A stretch of DNA of 63,934 nt, the filler included, from Nemertoderma westbladi (lineage: Eukaryota > Animalia > Xenacoelomorpha), in assembly GCA_032718475.1 (NCBI GenBank). It is 4 parts of 4 records of this genome, joined end to end, with 100 filler letters (N's around TTAATTAATTAA, not from the genome) between each part and the next. Parts side by side here need not be neighbours in the genome. Positions count along the whole stretch, not along the records: positions 17,770 to 49,379 come from JAUCBJ010003601.1; 3 more parts are not named here. The stretch is one strand, 5' to 3'. Each line of letters starts with the position of its first letter. Positions within the stretch are counted from its first letter, which is position 1. The notes beneath the pieces are model-generated. The model was not told the DNA's origin and ran no database searches. It saw only the letters and a list, made by a program, of their open reading frames with translations. The position numbers and the translations under genes are program-made. Shown piece by piece: positions 26,355-38,123 of this stretch.

Positions 26355-26636
26355 GGGAAGGTGATGTTTTTGATGAAAATCTGACATCCTCTGACTAGAG
26401 ACGGCGTCAAGACGCCGTTAAGCAAGTCGGAAGTCATCAATCAAATGTAAATTCCATCAACAAGCTGTCATTGGTGTTATTTTACCATTGCGCCTATGGC
26501 GTTTTTTCGTTTATGTCTATTTTTCGAGCCCACGGCTCATGGACGAAATAGCGGAACATACCAGGGACCTTAGAATCGTGGTATCTAGCCGCTGTGAAAA
26601 TGCTGTAGATGCCGCTGTAGATCAGTCAGTCAGTCA

Positions 26637-26674
<38 letters not shown>

Positions 26675-26880
26675 CAGTCAGCCAACAATTCTTACAGTAA
26701 TCAAGTCCTACGACTTGCTAATTAAAAGTAAATGACTGTAGTGTACCGGTATGCAGGTATGCGGTAGGTAGTGCAAGTGCGTAGTGTACCAATCTGCCAA
26801 TTTTCAATATATTTTGAATCACAGCACTTAATATTATTCATTATTATTAAAACAGAAAACAGGAAATTTATAGTCTACAA

Positions 26881-29257
26881 TAGGGTTCAACAGAAGGCAC
26901 TTTATGGGGCCGAACCGAACCGAACCGAAGCAGGGCCAACTTCGGGCCGAACCGAACCGAATCCGAACCGAAGTTCAGAAAGTTAGCAAGTTATGGTCAT
27001 AAATTCGTATTTACGTCACTATACTGGCAGACTGGCAGTTGCAGACTGGTACCTATTTGGTCTGGGGACTTATCGAGAAAGCTATGATTAATTAAAAAAT
27101 AAATACTACAAAATAAAATGGCAATATTTACATTACTGTACATTACTAACCTAAACTACTGTATACTTACTGTATGCATGCACTTACTGTATGCACCACA
27201 TTTTCAACTGTAGTAAGATGCACAGTAGTAACATCAAATTTAGAAAACCTCACTAAAAGTACAGGTCAGCAGGTAGTCTTTGTGGGGCGAGCCACGAAGT
27301 GAGTGAGCCTTAGCGTAGTGGTACCATTAATCAACCTGTCGTTCTGTCGTTCTGTCGTTCTGTCGTGTTCAATTTTAAACGTTAATAACTCGGCCAATCT
27401 TTGATGAAATCTATCCAAACTTGGTACACATGTTGTTTGGCAAAAGTTTAGAAATTTTCCAAGTAGAATTTCCGTGTGGCCTTCGAGAAGCTAAGATAAT
27501 AGCAGTTAATTAGTTAATTAAGTTGATTGCGGTGAAAACGCCATTTTCAACCTGCCTTTTAAAGGAAATTAATTGTTTTACAGTATAAGATTTAAATAAT
27601 TATACTTAAAAATTATACAGATATAATCCCCATACGCCATTCTATTATAGTTTTTAATTAGTTTAAGTGATTTGCTTTAATAAATGTGTCTTTAATTGAT
27701 CTAAACGTAATTAAACCGCACAATTATTGAGTACAAATTTAATCCTTCCCATTATTGGTCAAGTCTCTGCTGGTGTGGAGCTAGCTGCTGGGAGTTGTGG
27801 CTGTAGACTAACCTGAGAGGAATTGTAATAGAGGCAACCAGTATTGCTATTCCAGCCCAATCACTGAATTGTGTTTATTATAGGCTGGACGGGCCGCATA
27901 ACCGTTCGACTATTACTACTATTGCTATCTCAGTTAAATGACAGATATAATAACATAAATACAATCCATGGCATGGCTGTTGTAGGCTTCTGAAATAGTT
28001 TATTCCACAATGTATATGTCTGGTTATTTTTTAATTGAATTTTTGCAAAGTAGTAAAATTAATGTTCTTAAAAATAATATTATTATTTTATATGTAACCT
28101 AGGAAATTAGCTACATTTTTTCGCTGCAGCTTTAAGAGTGTACATTGATTTAATATATTATTTCAATACCCATATTACTACATCGGCATAAGATGCGTTG
28201 GCGTTGTATCACACATCTCCACATATCACACATCTCCACATAGATGTATCAACAGTTACTCGCACAGTTTCGAAACTTCGCATAGTTATAACTGTATAAA
28301 GATCGTCAGTCTGCGTTTAGGAAAAATATTTTATGACAAAACAGGACAAGCGACGAGCGCAACGAGGCATATAATGAAGACGAGTACTGCGTTGACTAAA
28401 TTATTATATAAACCACCTGGCTTCACATATTGATCGCATCCCTAGTTATTATTATTATAAAGATCGTCCTAGCTTGCGTTTAAGAAATATATTTAAATAC
28501 AAAACAGGACGAACGCAAAGAGGCTTATAATGAAAACGAGTACTGCGTTTATTATATTCCTATAAACCACCTGGCTTTGCATATTTAACGTGCGATTGGA
28601 AATAAGTTCGTGCTACCCTTCCGTGGGTGGTAGATGTCGCGGTTATGTATTGGTGGTTGGGAAGGGTGGGGGGGGGGGGGGGGGGAGATTAAAAGGGGTG
28701 AACACGTACTGTCCACCTTTCTTTGATTGATTGGTGGTGTGGGTAAATTTCTCAAAACCTGATTTTGTGATACAGTCGCTGCATTTTAATTTGTATATAA
28801 TAACTAGGCCTCGTGCTGCGCGAAGTCCCCACGAACGTGTAATACTATTTATATGAGGTAGTGGGTATATTTGGAATTAATGTATCAAAGTTATGATTAT
28901 TTAAAAAGTAGGTACTACAAAGTAAAATAGCAATATTTAATTTAGCCTAACCTAACAGCCTAAACTACTGTATAATTAAGGTAATTTTGAAACAACCCAA
29001 GTAAACTGGAAACAATTAAAAAATAATGCCATTTAAATGGAAGTTAATTCCAAAAATAATTAGTACAACGATGGACAGATTGATTAGTCTTACTGTCTTC
29101 TATTCTGGTCTTAGCTCAATCAGTCAATGTAATACTTGGAATATTTAGCAAAGTTTGCTCCGGGCTTCTGCAGTATCAATTGCAGAAGCCGAACCGAACC
29201 GAAATTGCCAAACTTCGGCCCGAACCGAACCGAAGCCGAAGCTTCTGTTGAGCCCTA
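26881..29257. mobile_element. Non-autonomous hAT element carrying a nested insertion
   Basis: TIR TAGGGTTCAACAGAAG / CTTCTGTTGAGCCCTA. Exact 8-bp TSD GTCTACAA. Subterminal CCGAA repeats. Confidence 0.9.
27279..28850 (+). mobile_element. Helentron-associated (HINE/DINE-1-like) non-autonomous element
   Basis: Subterminal inverted GTGGGG...CCCCAC, (CTGTCGTT)n microsatellite near the 5' end, ataactc...ccaaacttggtacacatg core, T-rich boundaries, no TSD. An internal block is repeated at ~4078-4260. Confidence 0.55.
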
Positions 29258-30317
29258 GTCTACAATAAATAAAAATCACATAAAAAACCACGTACAAGAT
29301 TTGCATAATTTCCCTATAGGGAAAACTGTGATTTCCCTATAGGGAAACACAAATTTCCCTATAGGGAAATAAATAAGTTTCCCTATTGGGTTAATTTCCC
29401 AGACTGTTCTACTGAAAATATCGAATCAGTGTCCCTATCACCTATTTTCCACTATGACACCGATTCTGGGTATAGAGCTGTACCCCGATTCGGGCTATCC
29501 GGCTATGTCTGTATGTGCTAGGTCTGTAGGTCAGTAGGTCCTGCCATACTATCAGGGCTGGCAAAAACCATAGGTTTTTCAGAAAAATTTTTAGGTTTTA
29601 GGTTTTTGCAAGGTTTTTGTAGGTTTTTGGAAGGTTTTTGCAGGTTTTTGAAGGTTTTCGCTAGGTTTTTGTAGTATTTCGCTAGGTTTTTGTAGTATTT
29701 CTGTATTTGTATACCGGTATTGATTGATTAGATTGACCTGGTTGGTAAATGATTAGATAAATTATATGGGGCGACATTTGGTCAACTGGTCAAGATTATA
29801 TTTTATAGATACACTACAGCACTATGATACAAAATTGTTTGAAAGAATGAGTCCATCAGGTTTCATTGTCATATTAGTTACATTTATATAAACCTGTACA
29901 ATGTCTGAAAGTAGGCTTACAGCAGTACAGACTACAGTCTTAAATTCAGACAGTAGGCTGGTAGGTGCAACTATTTATTACACTATTAGTGCATAGTGTA
30001 TTAGTTCCGTAGTCTATTAGTATCATTAGCATCAATCAATGCATGCAGAATGCAGGCACGCGATTCAGCGAATGCAGAATGCCACCCCATCCCACAGTCC
30101 CATACTGGACCATAAAAGCATAACGTAAACCATAACCCGATAACCACCAGACTCCCTGACTGTGGACTGCCTGTGACCACCAGGCAGTTGACCAGAGTGC
30201 AGAGCCAGAGCTGCAGAGACCACCCACTGACGCTGACCCAGCCACCTGGCTGCCTGGACCACTGCTGACTGCTGCACTGTACTGCTGTACGTGTACAGTT
30301 ATGTTACAGTTATACTA

Positions 30318-31893
30318 GGATGGCTAAAACGTCTGTCCTTATCTGATCTGATCTGATCTGACGGTATCTGACACTTGTTCCACCTTGCAGCCTTGGTTCA
30401 GAGTCCACCTTGGTGTAGTGGTTATATTGAATTCACGTCTCGTGGAGGTTGTGGGTTCAATCCCGGCATGGGGGCCAAGGTAGTTTTCGTTTCGGCACGA
30501 ATGTTTTTAAGGGTTTTTAACGAGGAATCTCTGCCTTGCATCCTTAAATGATAGCTAAATGAGTACTGGAGTTTCTGCCCATGTCAGCATGTGAAGTTTC
30601 CCCGGTATTCCCCTTAAACACGGGGGGGGGGGGGTCAATATAACACCTCCCCCTCTGAAACAACGATACTAACTGAAACGAACTAAAAGGAATTCAAATA
30701 AAATAAGCTAGAAATTTTAAACTTGTTTTTAGCGGCTGGAGCCAAATTTTGATGCCGGCCCAGGATTTACCTTTTCGGTCGACTTTTATTGGAATTTTAT
30801 ATACGGTACCGGTATGCAGATTTTAATTTTTTTTGTTTATCTTCAGATCTTTATTAAGTGTATTATAGAGAGCTTATTTATGGCTTATAACCTGTACATC
30901 TGTACATACAGACATATACTAATTCGTTTATTGTTTTGGTTATATTCAGCCCTTCTGTAACCTGTGTTTTTGGTGAAAACCTGGTATTCTTCACATGGGG
31001 GTAACTGCAAAGTGAAATATAACGGCAAAGTCTGGTATTCTTACTGTCTTAGCCCATGTGAAGAATACCAGAATACCTTACTACTACATAATAGTCTGAT
31101 AGTACTTAAAACTAATTATGTTTATGCTAATTATTTATCAGCATATTATTGCCACATGGGTGTGTGGGTGGATGGGAATGTGGGAAGGTGCCCGCTGGTT
31201 GTTTATTGTTTTGGTTAGAAAAGTCAGCCGCGGTAACATTCTCCTTTCTCTCAATTGGTAGGTATCAAAATCGTTTATTGTTTTGGTTAGAAAACCCTGT
31301 CTCTGTAACCTGTTCCTTTCCCTCAATTGGTAGGTAACAATTGTCGTTTATTGTTTTGGTTAGAAATTACAGCCGCTGTAACCTGCTCTTTTCCTTCAAT
31401 TGGAAGGTAACAACAGCGTTTATTAATTCCCACATCCCCATCCACCTTCCCGTATTCAGATATTCCTTCATCGTCTAGGCATACTGTAAACACCACTGTA
31501 TCAGCTGGCAATATGGGGCATGTTAAGTGTTTCTTCATATACACACTAGGCCTACCCAGTAGGCTTAGAGATACCCCTCCCTGCCTTCCCTTTCTGCCTT
31601 TAGCGTAACAAACCTTCATCCTATATCGCATTTTTAATATAATATATAAATATAATTACATGCCTTTGTGCATTTAGATGCATACCGGTATGCCTGTACT
31701 GCTACTTCATATGATGATACTGATACTGATACTTAACAGGCAGACAGGGCAACATGAAACGTGATCCCCTATTCAGCTACTGGCTATTTACCTAACAGAC
31801 AATTAGGTAAATATTATATCTCTTTCTCCTGATTGGTTGTAGGATCAGATGCTGTCAGATCAGATCAGATAAGGACAGACGTTTTATTCTACC
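30318..31893. mobile_element. MITE-like element with (GATCT)n-containing TIRs
   Basis: AAAACGTCTGTCCTTATCTGATCTGATCTGA at ~30326 is inverted at ~31854-31885. Exact ends and TSD unclear. Confidence 0.65.
30403..30620 (+). mobile_element. tRNA-derived SINE (family A)
   Basis: Pol III box A TGGTGTAGTGG and box B GGTTCAATCCC. Second copy on the minus strand at 63390-63581 shares the body. Confidence 0.8.
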
Positions 31894-33292
31894 TCCCGGT
31901 CAGCCGGTACCGGACCATCTGACTGCTACGGTAACTTGCATCAGCTAACTTGCATCAGTCAGCTTGTCAGCTCAGCAGTCAGCAGTGACAAGACAACTGG
32001 GAACTGGACTGGACTGGAACTCATCAGCTGACAATGCAAGTTGACTTGTTCAGTTGTTTTGAGTGTACAAATGAAATTAAAAGGCAAATTAAAGATGAAA
32101 AATCAAAAACCTAAAAACCTAGTTTTAGGCTTTTTTCAAATTTTAGGTTTTTGACAAAAACCTACAAAAACCTAGGTTTACAAAAACCTACTTTGCCAGC
32201 CCTGCATACTATAGCATAGATAGACCCTATCTGCCTATCACCTATTGCCTATAGGCTACTGTACAGTACTGCACTCAGACAGTCCAGTGAGAGTGAGTAC
32301 CGGTACACTGCAGTAAAATAGGTACCTACCTACCGGTCTGCCAGTAGCCTATTCCAGTATTCTATTGTGTATTGCTGTATTGTATTGAATAGCACATACC
32401 AGCATAGTTGCATACTTCAGTACTTATCTGCTTATCCACAATCAGACAATTGTCTTTCTGAATGAAATGTTGCTTATTTTGTTATTTAGGCCTACTCTAT
32501 TTCTATTTTGTTTCACTTTGTCAATGTAATAACAATGTACGTAAATACTGTAATTTACTATATTCGACCATACCGCGTACCGGTACTGTTCTATGTAAAA
32601 CTACAGTTGATCTCGAATAATATATTATCAGAATGTGAAGTTAAGTCTGCATTGCAAACCAACTCAAACCGGGGATATCGCGCCTTTGAGCAATGTTTTA
32701 GCGGAAATTTACCATGTCCATTTACTCAATACTGCAATATCACCCCGTAAACTCATTGTCACTCAGTTTATTATATGTATACATTACATTCCCTCCCTGT
32801 CGTTATATTATTGGCAACTTTTGTATTATTATGTATGTTTCCAATCACATTCCGTACACACACACACAGCCATCCCATAGGGTGTATGTGTAAGATTTTT
32901 GGTGATGCTCTCCAAATCAGCATGGGACATGTTTTTTCGATGCATTAGGGCATATGGGCATAATATTCACAAAAAATTTGAAATTTTAGTCCAAATTCAT
33001 CAGCAGCAAGCAAAAAAACTGAGCGGTACCCACAATGCACTCGATCGATTATGGATTTATGATAATTTCACTTGTATACTGTATGGATATGGATATATCA
33101 TACAAAATACAGAAATACAATAGTGTGCTAAAGTATGTAATGTAGCCCAAGCTACCAGCACAGAGCAATCAGCAGAGATCAGTATCTTGCTGTAGGCCTA
33201 TGAGTCTGAGTGTGTGAGTATGGGGCGAGCCACGCGGTATCACCACGCCCCCTTTCTAGCATTGACACCGTAGTGCTGGCAATGCTATCAGT

Positions 33293-35860
33293 CTATAGTC
33301 TGCGGGGTGGGCGTCTCACCCGCCGTGGGTAGCTGCGCCGCGGGGGCTCCACCTGAGTTTCAAGCTCTGGGCTCCACGTGACGGTTCGTGGTGGCCGCGG
33401 TGGTGGTGGCGCTGGTTCTGGAGCCAGCTGCGGTTCCAGGTGTGGCGCCGAGGTGTCTGGCAATAGAAGGCGCCGGTTGCGGACCAGGGTGCGTCCCGAG
33501 GGTGTTCGAACCCTGTATTTGCGGTTGGGCGCAACTTCCACTACCACACCCGTGCGGTCCCAGCGCTTGGTGGTGGGGTGTTGTATGCGGACAGGTGTTC
33601 CCAGGGGAAGGGGTGTCAGGGCCTTGGTGCCCTGGTTGTAGCGCCTGACTTGCGCCGCCTGTAGTGAAGGGAGGACCTTGTCCAGGTGCGCCCGCGTTGC
33701 CTGGTGGGTTGCCGCGAATGCCGAGTGGTGCGTGGGAACCCGCGTCCGCGTTGGGTGGCCAAAGAGGATCTCGGCCGGTGACTTCCCGTGCTCCCGAGGG
33801 GAGTTGCGGAGTTCCAGGAGCCCCTCCTGGAACCGCGGATTCGTTGTGGAGCCGCCGGTCTTGCTAAGGAGGCCCTTGATGGCCTTGACGGCGGACTCTG
33901 CGAGGCCGTTTCCCTGGGGGTATTCTGGTGATGACGTCACCGGTATTACCCCCCAGTCGTGGAGGAAGTCGATGAAGGAGGCGGCGGTAAACTGAGTGCC
34001 GCCGTCGGACCGGAAGTGGGTGGGGACCCCGAACCGAACGAATAGTTCCCGCAGGTTGTCCGCCGTCTTTGCTGCTGTTGGGGAGGAGGTGAAGGGGTGC
34101 ACCTCGGGCCACCCGGAGTAGCGGTCGACGAGCACCAGGAAGTCCTTCCCGTTGAGGGCGAAGAAGTCCCCTGAGACTGACTCAAAGGGGCGGGTTGCTG
34201 GGGCGTCGGCCGTGGCCATGGGTTCCTTGGCCTGGCTGGACCGGTGGTCCATACAGGCGCCGCACGCAGTGACGGTGGTCCTGACGTCATTGGTACTGCC
34301 CGGCCAGTAGACGCACTGGCGGGCGCGCCGGAGCGTTTTCTCCACACCCTGGTGCGGCGCGTGGAGTCGTCGTAGGATGTCGCGACGGGACTCCGTCGGG
34401 ACGACGATTCGTTGCCCCAACAGGACGAGACTCTGGTCCGTGGTGAGGGAGTCTCTGATGGACCAATAGGGGGCCAGAGCGCCCTCGTTGGGTTTGTGGG
34501 CGGGAAACCCCGTCTCGATGGCCGACCGTAACGCAGTGTAGTTGGTGTCGGCGTCGGCTGTCCGCGACAGCGCGAGTAGAACCGGGTCAGCGAGGCGGTC
34601 CGGCTCGTCGTCGAGATGGGCCGCCGTGGACGCGGTGATCGAGTGGAGACAGTACGCCATCTCGCCATCGTCGACTACGTCCCGCGGGGAGGGGTCGTCC
34701 ACGGGGGACCGGGAGAGCGCGTCCGGAATGCGGTGCTCCTTTCCCTTGCGCCACACCGTCTTGAAGGAGTAGGGGAGGAGTCGCGTTTTGAGGCGCTGGA
34801 GGCGTGTATTGTTGGTTGCGTCGACGGTGTAGCGGTCAATAATAGTGACCAGGGGTTGGTGGTCGACCACTAGGGTGTACTGTGGGAGGCCGAGGAGGTA
34901 TAGACGACATTTCTCGGTTGCCCACACTACCGCGAGTAGTTCCAACTCCACCATCGCGTACCGAGATTCCGTCTCGGTAGCGAACCGCGATCCGCACTCC
35001 ACGAGTCGCCAGTCGGCGCCGTGTCGCTGTAGGAGGGCGTATCCGAGGCCGCGTAGTCGGGACGCGTCCGTCTGGAGCATCGTCTCCTTGGTTGCGTCGT
35101 AGGGTGCGAGGACTGCTGGGGATAGCAGGACGTCCTTGGTTGCCTGGAAGGCGCGCTCGTGGTCCTCGTTCCAAAGGAACGTATTCCTGGTGCTCAGGAG
35201 GGGCCGCAATGGGCCCAGGGTGGAGGCGATGTCCGCTGTGAACGGGGCCAGCTGTTCGACCAGGCCGATGAAGCTGCGGAGGTCGGTTAAGTTCGTGGGG
35301 CGGGGGAAATGGGAGATGGCCCGGACCTTGTCGGGGTTGGCCTGGATCCCGGTAGCCCCCACGATGTAGCCGGCAAACTTCACAGCGGATTGTGCGAACT
35401 GCACCTTGTCCGGGTGGAGAGTTATGTGGTGCTCCCTGCACCGCTGCAGGAAGGCGCGGACGCTGGCCACATGTCCGTCGAGGGAGGCGTTGTGGAGGAG
35501 GCAGTCGTCGACGACTTTAGCGAGTTGTGGAAGTCCGAGGAGTGCTTCGTCGCCTCGGCGGTTGAACTCGTCCCCGCTGGAGACGAGTCCCATTACGCTC
35601 CTGGTATGTTTATACCGCCCCCACGGAGTTATGAAAGTAGTGAGGAGCTGCGACTCTGGTTCGAGAGGAACCTGCCAGTACCCCGAGGCCGCGTCGAACA
35701 CAGAGAAGAACTTGGACGACGTGTCGATGTCGGAGACGACCGTTCTCGGGTTCGGGGACGGGTAGTATGGGCGTTGCACCTGCGAGTTGAGGTGTCGCAG
35801 GTCAACGCACAGACGCACTTCCCATTGGGCTTCAGCGCCACCGTCATCGGGTGAACCCAA
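33293..35860 (-). CDS. pol: Pol: RT, RNase H, integrase (downstream of a 1-nt frameshift near 35820)
   Basis: VRLCVDLRHLN, DAASGYWQ, VVDD, QTDAS, HAPHQG...CGAC, LVDRYSGWPE, SDGGTQF, PQGNGLAESAVK. Confidence 0.93.
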   Translation of the reverse strand: MGSPDDGGAEAQWEVRLCVDLRHLNSQVQRPYYPSPNPRTVVSDIDTSSKFFSVFDAASGYWQVPLEPESQLLTTFITPWGRYKHTRSVMGLVSSGDEFNRRGDEALLGLPQLAKVVDDCLLHNASLDGHVASVRAFLQRCREHHITLHPDKVQFAQSAVKFAGYIVGATGIQANPDKVRAISHFPRPTNLTDLRSFIGLVEQLAPFTADIASTLGPLRPLLSTRNTFLWNEDHERAFQATKDVLLSPAVLAPYDATKETMLQTDASRLRGLGYALLQRHGADWRLVECGSRFATETESRYAMVELELLAVVWATEKCRLYLLGLPQYTLVVDHQPLVTIIDRYTVDATNNTRLQRLKTRLLPYSFKTVWRKGKEHRIPDALSRSPVDDPSPRDVVDDGEMAYCLHSITASTAAHLDDEPDRLADPVLLALSRTADADTNYTALRSAIETGFPAHKPNEGALAPYWSIRDSLTTDQSLVLLGQRIVVPTESRRDILRRLHAPHQGVEKTLRRARQCVYWPGSTNDVRTTVTACGACMDHRSSQAKEPMATADAPATRPFESVSGDFFALNGKDFLVLVDRYSGWPEVHPFTSSPTAAKTADNLRELFVRFGVPTHFRSDGGTQFTAASFIDFLHDWGVIPVTSSPEYPQGNGLAESAVKAIKGLLSKTGGSTTNPRFQEGLLELRNSPREHGKSPAEILFGHPTRTRVPTHHSAFAATHQATRAHLDKVLPSLQAAQVRRYNQGTKALTPLPLGTPVRIQHPTTKRWDRTGVVVEVAPNRKYRVRTPSGRTLVRNRRLLLPDTSAPHLEPQLAPEPAPPPPRPPRTVTWSPELETQVEPPRRSYPRRVRRPPRRL

Positions 35861-37746
35861 TCCGTAGGTTCGGTGACCCGCTCGATGACGTGGCGTCGCT
35901 CGAGTTTGTCGAGGAGTTTCTTAACGTCATCCCGGATGGCGTGGGGGATGGGCCGGGCACCGTTTGCGTGGAAGGGAGTCGCCCCTTCTTTGAGTTCGAT
36001 ACGCATCGGCGGCCCGCTCATCGTGTCGAGGGGTAGCGAGGCGTCGTCGAAGACGTCGCTAAACTCGGCGAGAAGATCCTCCCGAATCCGCGGAACATCG
36101 TCGACGTGGAGATCCGGTGTAGCGTCGCTGATGGAGGCTACCGGGGCGCCGCCCGGGGAACAGCATCTCGCCGGGAAGTTAGGCGGGAGGATCCCGAGGT
36201 TGGTTATCGTCGCCCGAGAGAGGATGAGACCATCGATGTCGGGGCAGATATAGATCTCCGTTGTGGCGGAGGCGCCGTCGTAGTTTACCCGCACCGGGAG
36301 TCGACCAACTGTCTCGAGTGGGAGTTTATTCGCCGAGGTGAAGTCGTCGGTTGATTGGTGCGGGAGGAGGTCCTTATCTTCGCCTCCGAGTCTGTGGAAG
36401 TCGGTCAGACCCATCATGTTTCCAGCGGCGCCGCTGTCTGGGAGCGCGTGCCGGATAGTCCCGAGTTCCTTGTCCCGGCGGGTGTCGTGGAGTCCCACCG
36501 TGATGTAGCGGAGGCTGCAGGTAGCGGGAGTCGCCGTGACGGATCGGATCCCGAGTCGCGGGATGATCGAGGAGACCCTGTTGGGTTTGGGGCCGGGTTT
36601 CTGGGTCGCCTTGGTACCCTGTCGGCAAACCGCCTTAAAGTGGCCCTGTTTACCACAGCCGCGGCACGTGACGTCCTTAGCGGGGCAGTTGGGGCGTCAT
36701 GCGGCGTGTTGGCGGCCGCAGTTGTCGCATCCCTTGGCGGTATCGGGACGGCGGTTGGACCCGCTTCGCGCTCGGCCCTGGTCGTCGTTGCGCGGCCGGT
36801 TGTACGCGGATGGGCGTCCGCGCTTGTAGGCTGACACCTGAGTGATAGGCTGCCCGCCCCCCAGGATCGAGTCGTTTCGCCCACTCGCCTCTACACTCTG
36901 GCAGATCCTGACGCAGTCCTCGAGAGTCGGCTGGGGGAGAACCTTCAGGAGTTCGGTCCGGGTCTCCGAGCACCGGATACCGACGAGGACCTGCGTTACT
37001 ATCTGTTCGTTGCGGCAGTGGCCGCACAGTTCCGCGTTGTCGGCGAGTTCCTCCAGGGCCACACGGAAGGAGTCGAAGGACTCACTGGCGCCCTGTCGCC
37101 GATCGTGGAACTTAATCCGGTCGATCGCGACGCTCCGCTTCGCGCGGAGGTGGCCCTGGAGTTGGTCGAGGATCAACTCCGGCGTGGTCGCATCGTCGTC
37201 GATGTCGAGGTGCAGCGTGACCCGGATCGTCTCTTGGAGGCCGCTTCCGAGGGCAGAGACGAGGGCGTACACCTGCTCTACGTTGGGGAACGTCGCCATC
37301 TGTTGGCGGTGGGCGTGGATCCGCCAGGCTTGGCGCCACCTGCGGAAGGTAGCGTAGTCCACCTCGTTGTCGACGCGCTCGAGGCTGGCGATGTCGATGA
37401 CCCGACGTCTGGGAGCCGGGGCCGGGTGAATGGGGAGGACGTCCGCGTTGGGGACCGCCGGTGCCGGACCGGGATCCGCACGTCCCGCAGCCGCTGCGGG
37501 GTTCATGGCCGCGAGGAGCTGCGCTAAGCGGGTGTCGGAAGCCGCTTGTTGCTGCGCGAGGACCCGGGCCAAACGAGCGTCAGAGTCAGCCTGTTGTTGG
37601 GCCAGAAGTTGGACCAGATCCGCGAAAGGTGGCTGGGTAGGAGAGGCCGCCATCGCCGCGATCGTGTCTCCGCTATCCCCACAGGATGACTCGGAGTCGG
37701 AACCTGTAGGAAGCGGGGTAGACTTCTTGCCCTTTGACTTTGACAT
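35820..37746 (-). CDS. gag: Gag-protease-RT start in one frame, interrupted by a single TGA at 36697-36699
   Basis: Reading through the stop gives CDNCGRQHAA*RPNCPAKDVTCRGCGKQGHFKAVC (Mag-type double knuckle), continuing in frame to PDSGA protease and WVHPMTVALKPNG. Confidence 0.88.
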
Positions 37747-38123
37747 TCTTGCAGTGGGTTAGCCTAAGTGATGGCTACTGAAGGATCAGCACCAACACAC
37801 ATGCGCCATGTATGGATATGGATATATCATACAAAATACAGAAATACAATAGTGTGCTAAAGTATGTAATGTAGCCCAAGCTACCAGCACAGAGCAATCA
37901 GCAGAGATCAGTATCTTGCTGTAGGCCTATGAGTCTGAGTGTGTGAGTATGGGGCGAGCCACGCGGTATCACCACATATACCAACTTCTTACGGTCGTAT
38001 TGACTTGATTTTGATCTCATTTGAATCGCAATGGTCGATTTAGTGGGGGTAGATGTCACCATTTAGTCATTAAACACTAAATTTCTTAAGTCATGGTAAA
38101 TTTAACAAAAATTATGTTATTTT

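Larger units (their letters stand above)
22126..29406. mobile_element. TIR-bounded non-autonomous DNA element enlarged to 7.3 kb by nested insertions
   Basis: TIRs CAGTCTGGGAAATTAGCCCAATAGG / CCTATTGGGTTAATTTCCCAGACTG. Subterminal palindromes TTTCCCTATAGGGAAA at both ends. TTCTA directly flanks both ends. Confidence 0.78.
29553..32204. mobile_element. Non-autonomous hAT element with nested MITE and SINE
   Basis: TIR CAGGGCTGGCAAA / TTTGCCAGCCCTG. Exact 8-bp TSD CATACTAT. Subterminal AGGTTTTT repeats. Confidence 0.9.
33080..37976 (-). mobile_element. Full-length Ty3/Gypsy LTR retrotransposon, Mag clade
   Basis: 168-bp LTRs (33080-33247, 37809-37976) differing only at one terminal base by my reading. 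5-bp TSD TATAC. PBS TGGCGCA next to the 5' LTR and PPT AGAAAGGGGG next to the 3' LTR. Confidence 0.96.

Noticed and set aside
27283-27296. 14-bp match TGGGGCGAGCCACG between the HINE-like end and the Mag LTR
   Set aside because: Too short; no flanking similarity; compatible with chance in 64 kb.
30403-30480. Functional tRNA genes (also 41617-41935 and 63510-63581)
   Set aside because: Boxes A and B are present but cloverleaf stems are broken and the heads run into shared SINE bodies.
32899-33123. Duplicated small protein (also 40692-40889)
   Set aside because: These are the two TIRs of one transposon translated in opposite orientations.
33316-37762. Many overlapping antisense and alternate-frame ORFs
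   Set aside because: Expected from the high GC content of the Mag element; no recognisable domains.
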